NCBI GenBank assembly: GCA_000992015.1
Contig: LBSQ01000004.1
Location: 1-35,033 of the forward strand
Source of the DNA: Parcubacteria group bacterium GW2011_GWA2_37_10
Lineage (GTDB): Bacteria; Patescibacteriota; Minisyncoccia; Minisyncoccales; Staskawiczbacteraceae
Direction of reading: 5' to 3'
DNA: 35,033 nt
The notes beneath the pieces were generated by a model, which worked only from the letters and a program-made list of their open reading frames with translations, searched no databases and was not told the origin of the DNA. Positions 23,071-31,068 of the stretch are shown here, piece after piece. The position numbers were made by a program, and so were the translations under genes. Position 1 is the first letter of the stretch, and each line of letters begins with the position of its first letter.

Positions 23071-23601
23071 ATGTCAAGAATAGGAAAAAAACCAATTGAA
23101 ATACCAGAGGGAGTCACCGCAACATTAGCCGGCGAGGTTTTGAATGTTACGGGCCCCAAAGGAGAATTAAAAAGGGAAATTAACCGCAATGTAAGAATTG
23201 AAATTAAAGACGGAAAGATTTTGGTTTTATCTGAAAAAGGAAATTTATGGGGATTGTATAGGGCTTTAGTTTCAAATATGGTTGAGGGGGTAAGCAAAGG
23301 ATTTGAAAAAAAGCTGGAGATCGAAGGAGTCGGTTTTAAGGCAATGGCGGACGTTGAGGGTTTGACATTAAATGTCGGTTTTACAAATCCGGTTAAAATA
23401 AAAAAACCGGAAGGCATTGATTTTTTGGTGGAAAAAAATGTCATTACGGTTTCCGGAATAAATAAAGAGCTGGTGGGGCATGTTGCCTCGCTGGTGAGAA
23501 AGGCTAAAAAAGCTGAACCTTATAAAGGAAAGGGAATAAAATATCAAGGCGAAAAAATTAGAAGAAAAGAAGGTAAAAAAGTTGTAGCGGCAAAAAAATA
23601 A
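23071..23601 (+). CDS. rplF: 50S ribosomal protein uL6
   Basis: [15 protein letters not shown] is the canonical N-terminus, so the track start at 22933 (inside rpsH) is rejected. Confidence 0.95.
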   Translation: MSRIGKKPIEIPEGVTATLAGEVLNVTGPKGELKREINRNVRIEIKDGKILVLSEKGNLWGLYRALVSNMVEGVSKGFEKKLEIEGVGFKAMADVEGLTLNVGFTNPVKIKKPEGIDFLVEKNVITVSGINKELVGHVASLVRKAKKAEPYKGKGIKYQGEKIRRKEGKKVVAAKK

Positions 23602-23602
23602 C

Positions 23603-23950
23603 ATGATAACAAAAAAAGAAAAAAGACAAAGAAGGCATAAAAAAATCAGATCAAAAATAAGCGGCACTTTAAAAATGCCGCGGCTTTGTGTTTTCAGATC
23701 GCTTAATCACATTTATGCGCAATTACTTGATGACGGCAAAGCAAAAGTTTTATTATCAGCCTCCGACAGAGAAATAAAGGACGCAAAACTCACAAAATCT
23801 GCCGTTGCAAATGAAGTGGGAAAATTAATTGCAAAAAAATGCGCCGAAAAGAAAATTGAAAAAGTTGTTTTTGATAGGGGCGGGATTGTCTATCACGGCA
23901 GAATAAAAGCGCTGGCCGACGGAGCAAGAGAAGGCGGACTCATATTCTAA
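23603..23950 (+). CDS. rplR: 50S ribosomal protein uL18
   Basis: [12 protein letters not shown]...[16 protein letters not shown]...[22 protein letters not shown]. Confidence 0.95.
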   Translation: MITKKEKRQRRHKKIRSKISGTLKMPRLCVFRSLNHIYAQLLDDGKAKVLLSASDREIKDAKLTKSAVANEVGKLIAKKCAEKKIEKVVFDRGGIVYHGRIKALADGAREGGLIF

Positions 23951-24157
23951 TTTCAAATTTACAATTTACAATTAGAACCACTTCGCTCCGCTCGTTGTAA
24001 TTCTGCGGAATTAAGTGAAATCAATTTTAAATGTTTAAATAACTAAATTTGAAAACACAGCGTGTTTTAATCATTTCAAATTAGATAAATTCGAATTGAA
24101 TTCAAATTTAAAATTATCCCTACGGGGAGCAAGCAATCAAATTAAAAATTAAATATT

Positions 24158-24781
24158 ATGGCAGAAGACAAAGTGGTCGTAGACCAAATAAAAAAATCAA
24201 ATGATGGTTTTGTGCCTATTCCTACCGGCGAGCCAACAGCTCCTCGTGTTGGTTTTGGTCATGGGCAAGGGCAGAGAGGCGGGGGATTCGGGCAAAATAG
24301 AAAACCCGGCTTTGGACGCGCAGGCCTTGGCAGAGGGGCGCCAAAAGACGAGTTTGAGTCAAAGCTTTTAGACTTAGCCCGAGTTACAAGAGTTACAGGA
24401 GGCGGAAAGAGGATGAGTTTTAGGGCAGTTGTGGTTGCCGGAGATAAAAAAGGAAAAATTGGTATCGGCATAGACAAAGGAAAAGATGTTTCTCAGGCGA
24501 TTGAGAAAGCCACCCGCAAAGCGAAAAAGAATTTAGTAAGTGTTATTATTACAGAAGGAACTATTCCTTATCAGGTTGAAGCAAAGGCGGGACCTGCGCA
24601 AATTTTACTGAAACCTCAGAAAAAGGGAAGAGGTTTAGTTGCAGGCGGAGCTGTGAGGACTATTTGCGAATTGGCCGGCATAAAAAATATTTCTTCAAAA
24701 ATTCTTTCCGGTTCTAAAAACAAACTTAACAATGCAATGGCGACAATGGAAGCATTGAAGAAATTAAAAGCAAAGAGTTAG
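24158..24781 (+). CDS. rpsE: 30S ribosomal protein uS5 with a Gly/Arg-rich N-terminal extension
   Basis: RVTRVTGGGKRMSFRAVVVAGD, GIGIDKGKDV, LKPQKKGRGLVAGG. Confidence 0.95.
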   Translation: MAEDKVVVDQIKKSNDGFVPIPTGEPTAPRVGFGHGQGQRGGGFGQNRKPGFGRAGLGRGAPKDEFESKLLDLARVTRVTGGGKRMSFRAVVVAGDKKGKIGIGIDKGKDVSQAIEKATRKAKKNLVSVIITEGTIPYQVEAKAGPAQILLKPQKKGRGLVAGGAVRTICELAGIKNISSKILSGSKNKLNNAMATMEALKKLKAKS

Positions 24782-24840
24782 GTAACCCTTCGTCCCGCCT
24801 TATGGGACTCAGGGTGATTTATTCACTTCGTTCATAAATC
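24782..24840 (+). repeat. R1 leader element, copy 4 (rplO)
   Basis: ACCCT-TCG-TCCCgccttatGGGA-CTC-AGGGT. Mini-ORF GTG ATT TAT TCA CTT CGT TCA TAA (24814-24837), then ATC and the ATG at 24841. Confidence 0.8.
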
Positions 24841-25272
24841 ATGCAAATACACGAACTAAAACCAAAGCATAAAAACAGGGATAAAAAGCGGGTCGGCAGA
24901 GGAGGAAAAAAGGGTACTTATTCCGGAAAAGGAAATAAAGGCCAAAGTTCAAGAGCCGGCAGAAAAATGGTGCCCATAATCAGGGAATTGATAAAAAGGT
25001 ATCCAAAATTAAGAGGATACAGAAGATTTGTTCTGAAAGATTTTTCAGTTGTAGTAAGCCTTGACGTCCTAGAAAAAAATTCAAAAAACGGCGAAATAAT
25101 CAATCCTGAAAATTTGATTAAAAATGGAATTGTCCGTATGATAAAAGGAAAGGTTCCAAAAATTAAGATATTGGGTTCCGGAAAACTTACAAAACCGCTT
25201 ACTGTTGAAAATTGTAAAGTTTCAAAGTCGGCGAAAGACGCAATTGAAAAAGCCGGCGGTATTATAAAGTAA
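24841..25272 (+). CDS. rplO: 50S ribosomal protein uL15
   Basis: LKPKHKNRDKKRVGRGGKKGTYSGKGNKGQ. It follows rpsE directly, so there is no rpmD. Confidence 0.94.
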   Translation: MQIHELKPKHKNRDKKRVGRGGKKGTYSGKGNKGQSSRAGRKMVPIIRELIKRYPKLRGYRRFVLKDFSVVVSLDVLEKNSKNGEIINPENLIKNGIVRMIKGKVPKIKILGSGKLTKPLTVENCKVSKSAKDAIEKAGGIIK

Positions 25273-25297
25273 TTTTAATTTTTATTAAAAAACTAAA

Positions 25298-25672
25298 ATG
25301 GAAATTACTGATAAAATTAAAAATATAATTGATGAAATCGTCAGGCAATACAGGCCAGAAAAAATCATACTTTTTGGTTCTTTTGTATGGGGAAATCCAA
25401 ACAAAGATAGCGATATTGATTTATTTATAATAAAACAGAGTCAGAAAAGTAGAATTGAGCGCCAAAGAGAATTGAGGTTAAAACTTTTTGGCTCTGACTT
25501 CCCCGCAATGGATATTTTGGTTTACACCCCAGAGGAAGTTGAAAAAAGCATCAATGAATATAAAAATCTTTTTATAGAAGATATTTTGCGCCATGGAAAG
25601 GTTCTTTATTCTAAACCAGGAAGCCTATTTAATGTAGCGCTTCCTAAAAGGCGATTAAATATTTTGCATTAA
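25298..25672 (+). CDS. nucleotidyltransferase-domain protein (MNT-type, putative antitoxin)
   Basis: LFGSFVWGNPNKDSDIDL is the GSxxxGx(n)DxD motif of the Pol-beta NTase fold. Small size and pairing with a HEPN gene. Confidence 0.8.
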   Translation: MEITDKIKNIIDEIVRQYRPEKIILFGSFVWGNPNKDSDIDLFIIKQSQKSRIERQRELRLKLFGSDFPAMDILVYTPEEVEKSINEYKNLFIEDILRHGKVLYSKPGSLFNVALPKRRLNILH

Positions 25673-25678
25673 ATTATT

Positions 25679-26062
25679 ATGCTAACAGATTATGTAAAAA
25701 GCTGGTTTCAGCGGGCAGATGAAGATTTAGCGCTTATTGAAGTTATCTTAAAGGAGGAATCTTTTTCTCCTAACCCAGTTTGTTTTCATGCTCAGCAGGC
25801 GGCAGAAAAATATCTGAAAGGATTTCTAGCTTATCACGATTTGCACACGAGAAAAATTCACGATTTGGAAGCGCTTGTTGAGGACTGCGTAAAAATTGAT
25901 AAATCTTTTGGGGCGCTAAAAGATAGCGCAGGATTTTTAGATCAGTTTTATATTGGATCGCGCTACCCAGATGATTATATAGAATTTTCCCGAAATGACG
26001 CAAAAAAAGCATACGAAGCGGCAATTAAAATCAAAAATTTTATTTTAGGAAAAATTAAATAA
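25679..26062 (+). CDS. HEPN-domain protein (putative toxin partner of the MNT gene)
   Basis: All-helical, 127 aa, with AEKYLKGFL...HDLEAL...GSRYPDD features typical of HEPN (PF05168-like). Starts 6 nt after the MNT stop. Confidence 0.75.
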   Translation: MLTDYVKSWFQRADEDLALIEVILKEESFSPNPVCFHAQQAAEKYLKGFLAYHDLHTRKIHDLEALVEDCVKIDKSFGALKDSAGFLDQFYIGSRYPDDYIEFSRNDAKKAYEAAIKIKNFILGKIK

Positions 26063-26182
26063 AGATTATCAAAAAAGTAAATCATTTATTTTGGGGTTAT
26101 AGTTCAGAAATGCCAAATTATAAAATTTATAATCAAATTCTTTCCACTTTTAAATTTATAAAATAAAAATTAAAAATAGCAA

Positions 26183-26237
26183 GGCATACCCTTCGCCTGC
26201 GGGACTCAGTGTGATTTTCTCGCTTTGCTCGTAAATC
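26183..26237 (+). repeat. R1 leader element, copy 5 (secY)
   Basis: ACCCT-TCG-CCTGCGGGA-CTC-AGTGT. Mini-ORF GTG ATT TTC TCG CTT TGC TCG TAA (26211-26234), then ATC and the ATG at 26238. Confidence 0.8.
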
Positions 26238-27515
26238 ATGTGGTACGATAAAATATTATTTTTATTTAAAAGCAAAGACCTTAGAAAAAAATTTCTTATT
26301 GTAATTTTTCTTTTTGTTGTTTTTAGGATAGCTGCCAATATACCTATTCCGGGAATTGGACTGGAAAACTTAAGGAAGTTTTTTGCCGAAAATCAGGTTT
26401 TCGGTTTGTTAAATATATTTTCAGGCGGAGCTCTGAGTAATTTTTCCATTGTTTTGTTGGCGCTTGGGCCATATATTACAGCTACGATTATTTTGCAATT
26501 GCTGACAATGATTTTTCCTGCGCTGGAAAGAATATACAAAGAAGAGGGCGAAGCCGGCAGGCAAAAATTTAATCAATACTCAAGGCTTTTAACCATTCCG
26601 CTAGCCGTTTTTGAAGGTTACGGAATGATAACTTTATTCCAACGCCAAGGAATAATTTCATCTCTTCCAATATCTGTTTTGATAAGTTCAATTCTAACAA
26701 TTACCGCGGGCGCAATGTTTATGATGTGGATCGGTGAAATTATTACAGAGCAGGGAATGGGAAACGGAATTTCACTTCTGATCTTTGCAGGAATAGTTGC
26801 AACACTGCCGATTAATATTTTTCAAACATTTGTCGCATGGGATCCGTCAAAAATTCCCTCGTATTTTTTATTTTTTGTATTATCCTTGGTTATTATAGCC
26901 GGTGTAGTTTTAATTACTGAAGCCAGAAGAAATATTCCGGTTTCTTATGCAAAAAGGGTAAGGGGAAATAAAATGTACGGCGGCGTTTCTACATATCTGC
27001 CTTTAAATGTTAATCCGGCCGGAGTTATTCCAATTATTTTTGCTCTCTCTATACTTTTGTTTCCGGGAATGATAGCAAGTTTTTTGGGCGGAACCCCCGG
27101 ATTTGTTGGAACAGTTGCAACTGCCGCCGGAGCTTTTTTCAACAACATTTGGGTGCACGGAATATTATATTTTTTGCTGGTTATTTTATTCACCTATTTT
27201 TATACCGCGGTCACTTTTGACCCAAAAACAATTGCTGAAAATTTGCAAAAAATGGGCGGTTTTATCCCGGGCGTAAGGCCAGGAAATTCAACGGCCGTTT
27301 TTCTAAAGCATATACTAAACAGAGTTTTGTTTACCGGGGCCATATTTTTGGGACTAATTGCTGTTCTGCCGTCAATTATTGCCGGAGCGACAGGCGTAAC
27401 CGGTTTTACATTCTTAATCGGAGGAACATCTCTTTTAATCGTGGTTTCAGTTGTTTTAGACACAATGCGCCAAATTAACGCGCAATTGCAAATGCGCGAA
27501 TACGACACTTTCTAA
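26238..27515 (+). CDS. secY: preprotein translocase subunit SecY
   Basis: 10 TM helices, LGPYITATIILQLL, GEIITEQGMGNGISLLIFAGI. Confidence 0.96.
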   Translation: MWYDKILFLFKSKDLRKKFLIVIFLFVVFRIAANIPIPGIGLENLRKFFAENQVFGLLNIFSGGALSNFSIVLLALGPYITATIILQLLTMIFPALERIYKEEGEAGRQKFNQYSRLLTIPLAVFEGYGMITLFQRQGIISSLPISVLISSILTITAGAMFMMWIGEIITEQGMGNGISLLIFAGIVATLPINIFQTFVAWDPSKIPSYFLFFVLSLVIIAGVVLITEARRNIPVSYAKRVRGNKMYGGVSTYLPLNVNPAGVIPIIFALSILLFPGMIASFLGGTPGFVGTVATAAGAFFNNIWVHGILYFLLVILFTYFYTAVTFDPKTIAENLQKMGGFIPGVRPGNSTAVFLKHILNRVLFTGAIFLGLIAVLPSIIAGATGVTGFTFLIGGTSLLIVVSVVLDTMRQINAQLQMREYDTF

Positions 27516-28214
27516 ATGCAAAAACAAGTCATCATTATATTTGGGCCTCCAGGAGCTGGAAAGGGAACCCAATCTGAACTTCTTTCAAATAAATTGGGAT
27601 TGTTTCTTTTTGAAACAAGTAAAATTTTAGAAAGGCAGTTTAGAGAAGCAGAAAATCCTAAAGAAAGATTTATTGAAATTGATGGTAAAAAATTTGACGT
27701 TTTAGAAGAAAAAAAGCTCTGGGAACAGGGAACATTAACTAGCCCCCCATGGGTGACTTATTTGGTAATAAACGAAGTAAAAAATCTTTTTAATGAAGGT
27801 AAAAATTTAGTTTTAGCCGGCTCGCCAAGAACCATCTACGAGGTTGAAAGAGTAATGCCTGTTTTAGAAAATCTTTACGGAAAAGAAAATATAAAAATAA
27901 TTTTACTTGAAATAAAACCGGAAGAAACAATTTTCAGAAATTCCCGCAGAAAAATTTGCGAGCTGATGCGCCATTCTATTTTATCTAATAGCGAAACAGA
28001 AAATTTAACCGTATGCCCATTAGACGGGTCAAAATTGGTAAAAAGAAAAAACTTAGACGATTCGGAAACGATTAAGATTAGAATCAAAGAGTACGCTAAG
28101 AGAACACATCCCATGGTTGAATATTTTAAAAAAAATAATTTTGAGGTAAAAAAAATTAATGGCGAACAGTCAGTTGCAGATGTGCACGAAGATATTTTAG
28201 TTGCAATTAAATGA
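27516..28214 (+). CDS. adk: adenylate kinase (long form with a Cys-containing lid)
   Basis: P-loop GPPGAGKGTQ and a lid with C...C (CELMRH...VCPLDGSKLVKR). Its position after secY supports the call. Confidence 0.85.
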   Translation: MQKQVIIIFGPPGAGKGTQSELLSNKLGLFLFETSKILERQFREAENPKERFIEIDGKKFDVLEEKKLWEQGTLTSPPWVTYLVINEVKNLFNEGKNLVLAGSPRTIYEVERVMPVLENLYGKENIKIILLEIKPEETIFRNSRRKICELMRHSILSNSETENLTVCPLDGSKLVKRKNLDDSETIKIRIKEYAKRTHPMVEYFKKNNFEVKKINGEQSVADVHEDILVAIK

Positions 28215-28957
28215 TAAAGATAAAATCGGAAGAGGAAATCAGAATAATGAGAGATGCCGGAAAAATTTTAGCAACAACCCTGAGGGGAATTGAAAAACAG
28301 GTAAAGCCGGGAATTACTACCTTGGAATTAGACAGAGCCGCAGAGGCTCTTATTTTGTCTTTGGGAGCTAAACCAGGTTTTAAGGGCCACGAAGGATTTC
28401 CTTATTCTTTGTGCGCCTCGGTGAACGAAAATGTTGTTCATGGTTATCCGTCAAATTATATTCTAAAAGAAGGCGATATAATTGGTTTGGATTTGGGAGT
28501 TATATATAAAGGATATTATTCAGATATGGCTATAACCGTTCCTGTTGGCAAAATTTCTTTTGAGGCAAAAAGGCTAATCAATGTTGCAAAAAAATCTTTA
28601 AGGCTTGGAATTAAAAAAGTAAAACCGGGAAACACAATCGGCGACATAGGGAATACAATTCAAAGACTTGTTGAGAGTCAGGGTTTTAATGTTGTCCGGA
28701 TCTTGTGCGGACATGGCATAGGAAAAGAACTGCATGAAGAACCAAAAGTTCCTAACTTTGGCAAAAGGCATGCGGGTGAAACCTTAAAAGAAGGCATGGT
28801 AATTTGCATAGAACCAATGATAACAGCCGGGGATTATAACCTAAAAAAATCAGCAGACGGTTTCGGCTTTGCCACAAAAGACGGCTCGTTATCAGCCCAT
28901 TTTGAACACACAATTGCCGTAACAAAAAACGGCGCAAAAATATTGACTGAATTATAG
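28211..28957 (+). CDS. map: type I methionine aminopeptidase
   Basis: VVHGYP, DLGVIYKGYYSDMA, GHGIGKELHEEP, IEPMI, EHT. ATGA overlap with adk. Confidence 0.95.
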   Translation: MIKIKSEEEIRIMRDAGKILATTLRGIEKQVKPGITTLELDRAAEALILSLGAKPGFKGHEGFPYSLCASVNENVVHGYPSNYILKEGDIIGLDLGVIYKGYYSDMAITVPVGKISFEAKRLINVAKKSLRLGIKKVKPGNTIGDIGNTIQRLVESQGFNVVRILCGHGIGKELHEEPKVPNFGKRHAGETLKEGMVICIEPMITAGDYNLKKSADGFGFATKDGSLSAHFEHTIAVTKNGAKILTEL

Positions 28958-29050
28958 AAAAGTAGTAGTCTAAAACCAGCATACGAAACTGTTTTCCAGA
29001 GTTGGATTCTTCCTTCTCGGCAGTTTCACAAAATAGAAACAGAGGCGTTT

Positions 29051-29365
29051 ATGTTGCTCGTCAGTATGCTTCTTGTCTGCTTCGCCATAGTTTTAGTGGT
29101 GTCATTAGTCCAAAACCTCACTGTGGCTCGAAAAGAAATTGAGCTATGGAAGGAAATCGCACGCATCGCCGGTGTAAAACAGTTCCACGAGCTGGCCGAT
29201 GGTGAATATCAGATGGGTGTGTTTTTTGGAAAAGTTGGCCAGTGCATGATTTATAGAATTTACGAGGTGGCCAGGCTAGGCGTGGACGACGAAGCAGTTG
29301 TTGTTTTCCCGGCAGGCGAATATATAGAATCGGAATTTACCGTTAAAAACGGCAAAATATCGTAG
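29051..29365 (+). CDS. small membrane-anchored hypothetical protein (104 aa), GC-rich cassette E
   Basis: AGAGG lies 5 nt before the ATG. N-terminal TM helix MLLVSMLLVCFAIVLVVSLV. Higher GC than the flanks; terminator downstream. Confidence 0.55.
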   Translation: MLLVSMLLVCFAIVLVVSLVQNLTVARKEIELWKEIARIAGVKQFHELADGEYQMGVFFGKVGQCMIYRIYEVARLGVDDEAVVVFPAGEYIESEFTVKNGKIS

Positions 29366-29455
29366 ACTCTTGGCTAATCTCTCGCAAAAACAAAACAACG
29401 GTTGTTCAAAGCATAAAAGCTGTTTTTGAAGGCAATGCCCCTCTATTTTTATAGA

Positions 29456-29488
29456 CCCTGTTTGGATTCGTTTGAACAGGGCTTTTTT
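29456..29488 (+). terminator. rho-independent terminator of cassette E
   Basis: CCCTGTTTggattcgtttGAACAGGG, then C and TTTTTT. Confidence 0.7.
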
Positions 29489-29518
29489 ATTGATTTTTTT
29501 ATTTCAGTTTTGTTTATT

Positions 29519-29552
29519 GGTAGCGTTTTTGTCGATCGACAAATTTACTACC
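29519..29552. repeat. 34-bp palindrome, upstream copy (imperfect), overlapping the promoter of the PaaX-like gene
   Basis: GGTAGCGTTTTTGTCGA|TCGACAAATTTACTACC. The left half is identical to the copy at 30167-30183. Confidence 0.8.
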
Positions 29553-29572
29553 AGTATGATTTGCAGTATAAT
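29544..29572 (+). promoter_or_regulatory. candidate promoter of the PaaX-like gene
   Basis: TTTACT (inside the palindrome's right arm) - 17 nt - TATAAT. Confidence 0.45.
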
Positions 29573-29615
29573 TAAATAATAAAGATAAATAAAAAAATTA
29601 TAAAGAATTAAGATA

Positions 29616-30158
29616 ATGAAAAACTCTGTAATTGAGGAAATTTTATTGCATTTATACGATTCTATTGATTATGGTTTTAGTTATAGAGCAAAGAAAGGGC
29701 TTTGGATTTCGGAATATTTTGACCATTGGAAAAATGAAGTTAGTTCAAACAAAATAAAAGATGGAATCAGGGATTTAAATAAACAAAAATTTATAAAGAA
29801 AAAAGAAAATTATAACGGTACGGTGCTCGTTTCCCTTACAGAAAAAGGGATGCTGAGGGCGCTAAATATTATTTTTAGAAGGCTTGAAAACAGGAAAGAA
29901 AAATGGGATGGAAAATGGAGAATATTTGCTTTTGATATTCCGGAAGAATGCAGGAAGGGAAGGAACGCATTAAGGTACAGATTCAAGTCGGGTGGATTTT
30001 ACGAGCTCCAGAAAAGCTTGTTTGTTTACCCATACGATTGCCAAAAAGAAGTAGCGGCGCTGGTCAAGATGTTCAAATTGGAAAAATATGTTAGATTTGT
30101 TTTGGCGGACTTTATTGATAATGAAGAGCGTTTGAAAAATAGATATAAATTGAATTGA
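29616..30158 (+). CDS. PaaX-like regulator: N-terminal winged-helix-like part plus a C-terminal Cas2/VapD-fold domain
   Basis: WDGKWRIFAFDIPEECRKGRNALRYRFKSGGFYELQKSLFVYPYD matches the PaaX_C / Cas2-like ferredoxin-fold signature as recalled from memory. No cas1 or CRISPR array nearby. Confidence 0.55.
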   Translation: MKNSVIEEILLHLYDSIDYGFSYRAKKGLWISEYFDHWKNEVSSNKIKDGIRDLNKQKFIKKKENYNGTVLVSLTEKGMLRALNIIFRRLENRKEKWDGKWRIFAFDIPEECRKGRNALRYRFKSGGFYELQKSLFVYPYDCQKEVAALVKMFKLEKYVRFVLADFIDNEERLKNRYKLN

Positions 30159-30165
30159 TAATTGG

Positions 30166-30201
30166 CGGTAGCGTTTTTGTCGATCGACAAAAACGCTACC
30201 G
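30166..30201. repeat. 36-nt perfect palindrome, downstream copy (may also act as a terminator hairpin)
   Basis: CGGTAGCGTTTTTGTCGA|TCGACAAAAACGCTACCG, starting 8 nt after the PaaX-like stop. A T-rich tract follows about 12 nt later. Confidence 0.85.
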
Positions 30202-30318
30202 GTGTCTCAAATATTTTTTTTATTGTCTTTTATTATTTTTTTATTATCTCTATTTGTTATTATTTTTTGTTGTGATAATATTATAAAATAATGATATTTA
30301 ATTAAATACGTTTTAATT

Positions 30319-31068
30319 ATGAAGAATTTAATTGCGGCGAATTGGAAATTAAATCCAATCTCGCAAAAATCAGCAGAAGAAATTTTTTCCGCCCTATGCG
30401 GACCAGCCTCGGGTTGGGAGGAAACAGAAGTAGTTATTTGTCCCCCTTTTTTGTATCTGCCAATTTTTAAAAAAATATCTTTTAAAAATTTGGCGCTTGG
30501 CGCGCAAAATTGTTTTTGGGAGGAAAAAGGGGCGTTTACCGGAGAAATTTCTCCGGCAATGATAAAAGATTTGGGCGTTGAATATGTAATTATCGGACAC
30601 TCAGAACGTAGAAAATATTTTGGTGAAACCGATGAAATAATAAACAAAAAAATAATAAAGGCATTGTCTGCGGGACTTAAAATTATTTTTTGCGTTGGTG
30701 AAACAGCGGAAGAAAAAGAGTCAGGGAAAAGGGACGAGATTTTGCAAAGACAATTACAACAAGGGTTAAAAGACATTGTTGATATTGACAATATAAATGT
30801 CGCCTACGAGCCGGTTTGGGCGATTAGTAATGGCGATCCATATAAAACGAAAGAGTTACCGACCGTAGAAAAAATTAAAGAAATATCTGATTATATAAGA
30901 AAATTTGTTAAACAAAACACCAGAATACTTTACGGAGGTAGCGCCAACGTTGAAAATGCGCGAGGTTATTTAAAAGACGCTGGCATGCAAGGACTTTTAG
31001 TCGGCGGAGCTTCGCTGGATGCCGAAGAATTTGTAAAAATAGTAGAAAGTGATAGAATTGCAATATGA
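30319..31068 (+). CDS. tpiA: triosephosphate isomerase
   Basis: AANWKLN, IIGHSERR, AYEPVWAI, GGASL. Confidence 0.93.
   Translation: MKNLIAANWKLNPISQKSAEEIFSALCGPASGWEETEVVICPPFLYLPIFKKISFKNLALGAQNCFWEEKGAFTGEISPAMIKDLGVEYVIIGHSERRKYFGETDEIINKKIIKALSAGLKIIFCVGETAEEKESGKRDEILQRQLQQGLKDIVDIDNINVAYEPVWAISNGDPYKTKELPTVEKIKEISDYIRKFVKQNTRILYGGSANVENARGYLKDAGMQGLLVGGASLDAEEFVKIVESDRIAI

Noticed and set aside
22743-23444. 233-aa minus-strand ORF; also 21816-22328, 21221-21634, 13455-14069, 10330-10806, 12681-12956 and the other minus-strand ORFs inside core genes
   Set aside because: All are antisense shadows of well-supported ribosomal or translation-factor genes. They have low-complexity composition and no start context.
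13111-26237. The dispersed R1, R2 and P repeats as a CRISPR array
   Set aside because: The copies are separated by kilobases of conserved genes, are not regularly spaced, are degenerate, and sit in a fixed register with start codons. No cas genes are present.
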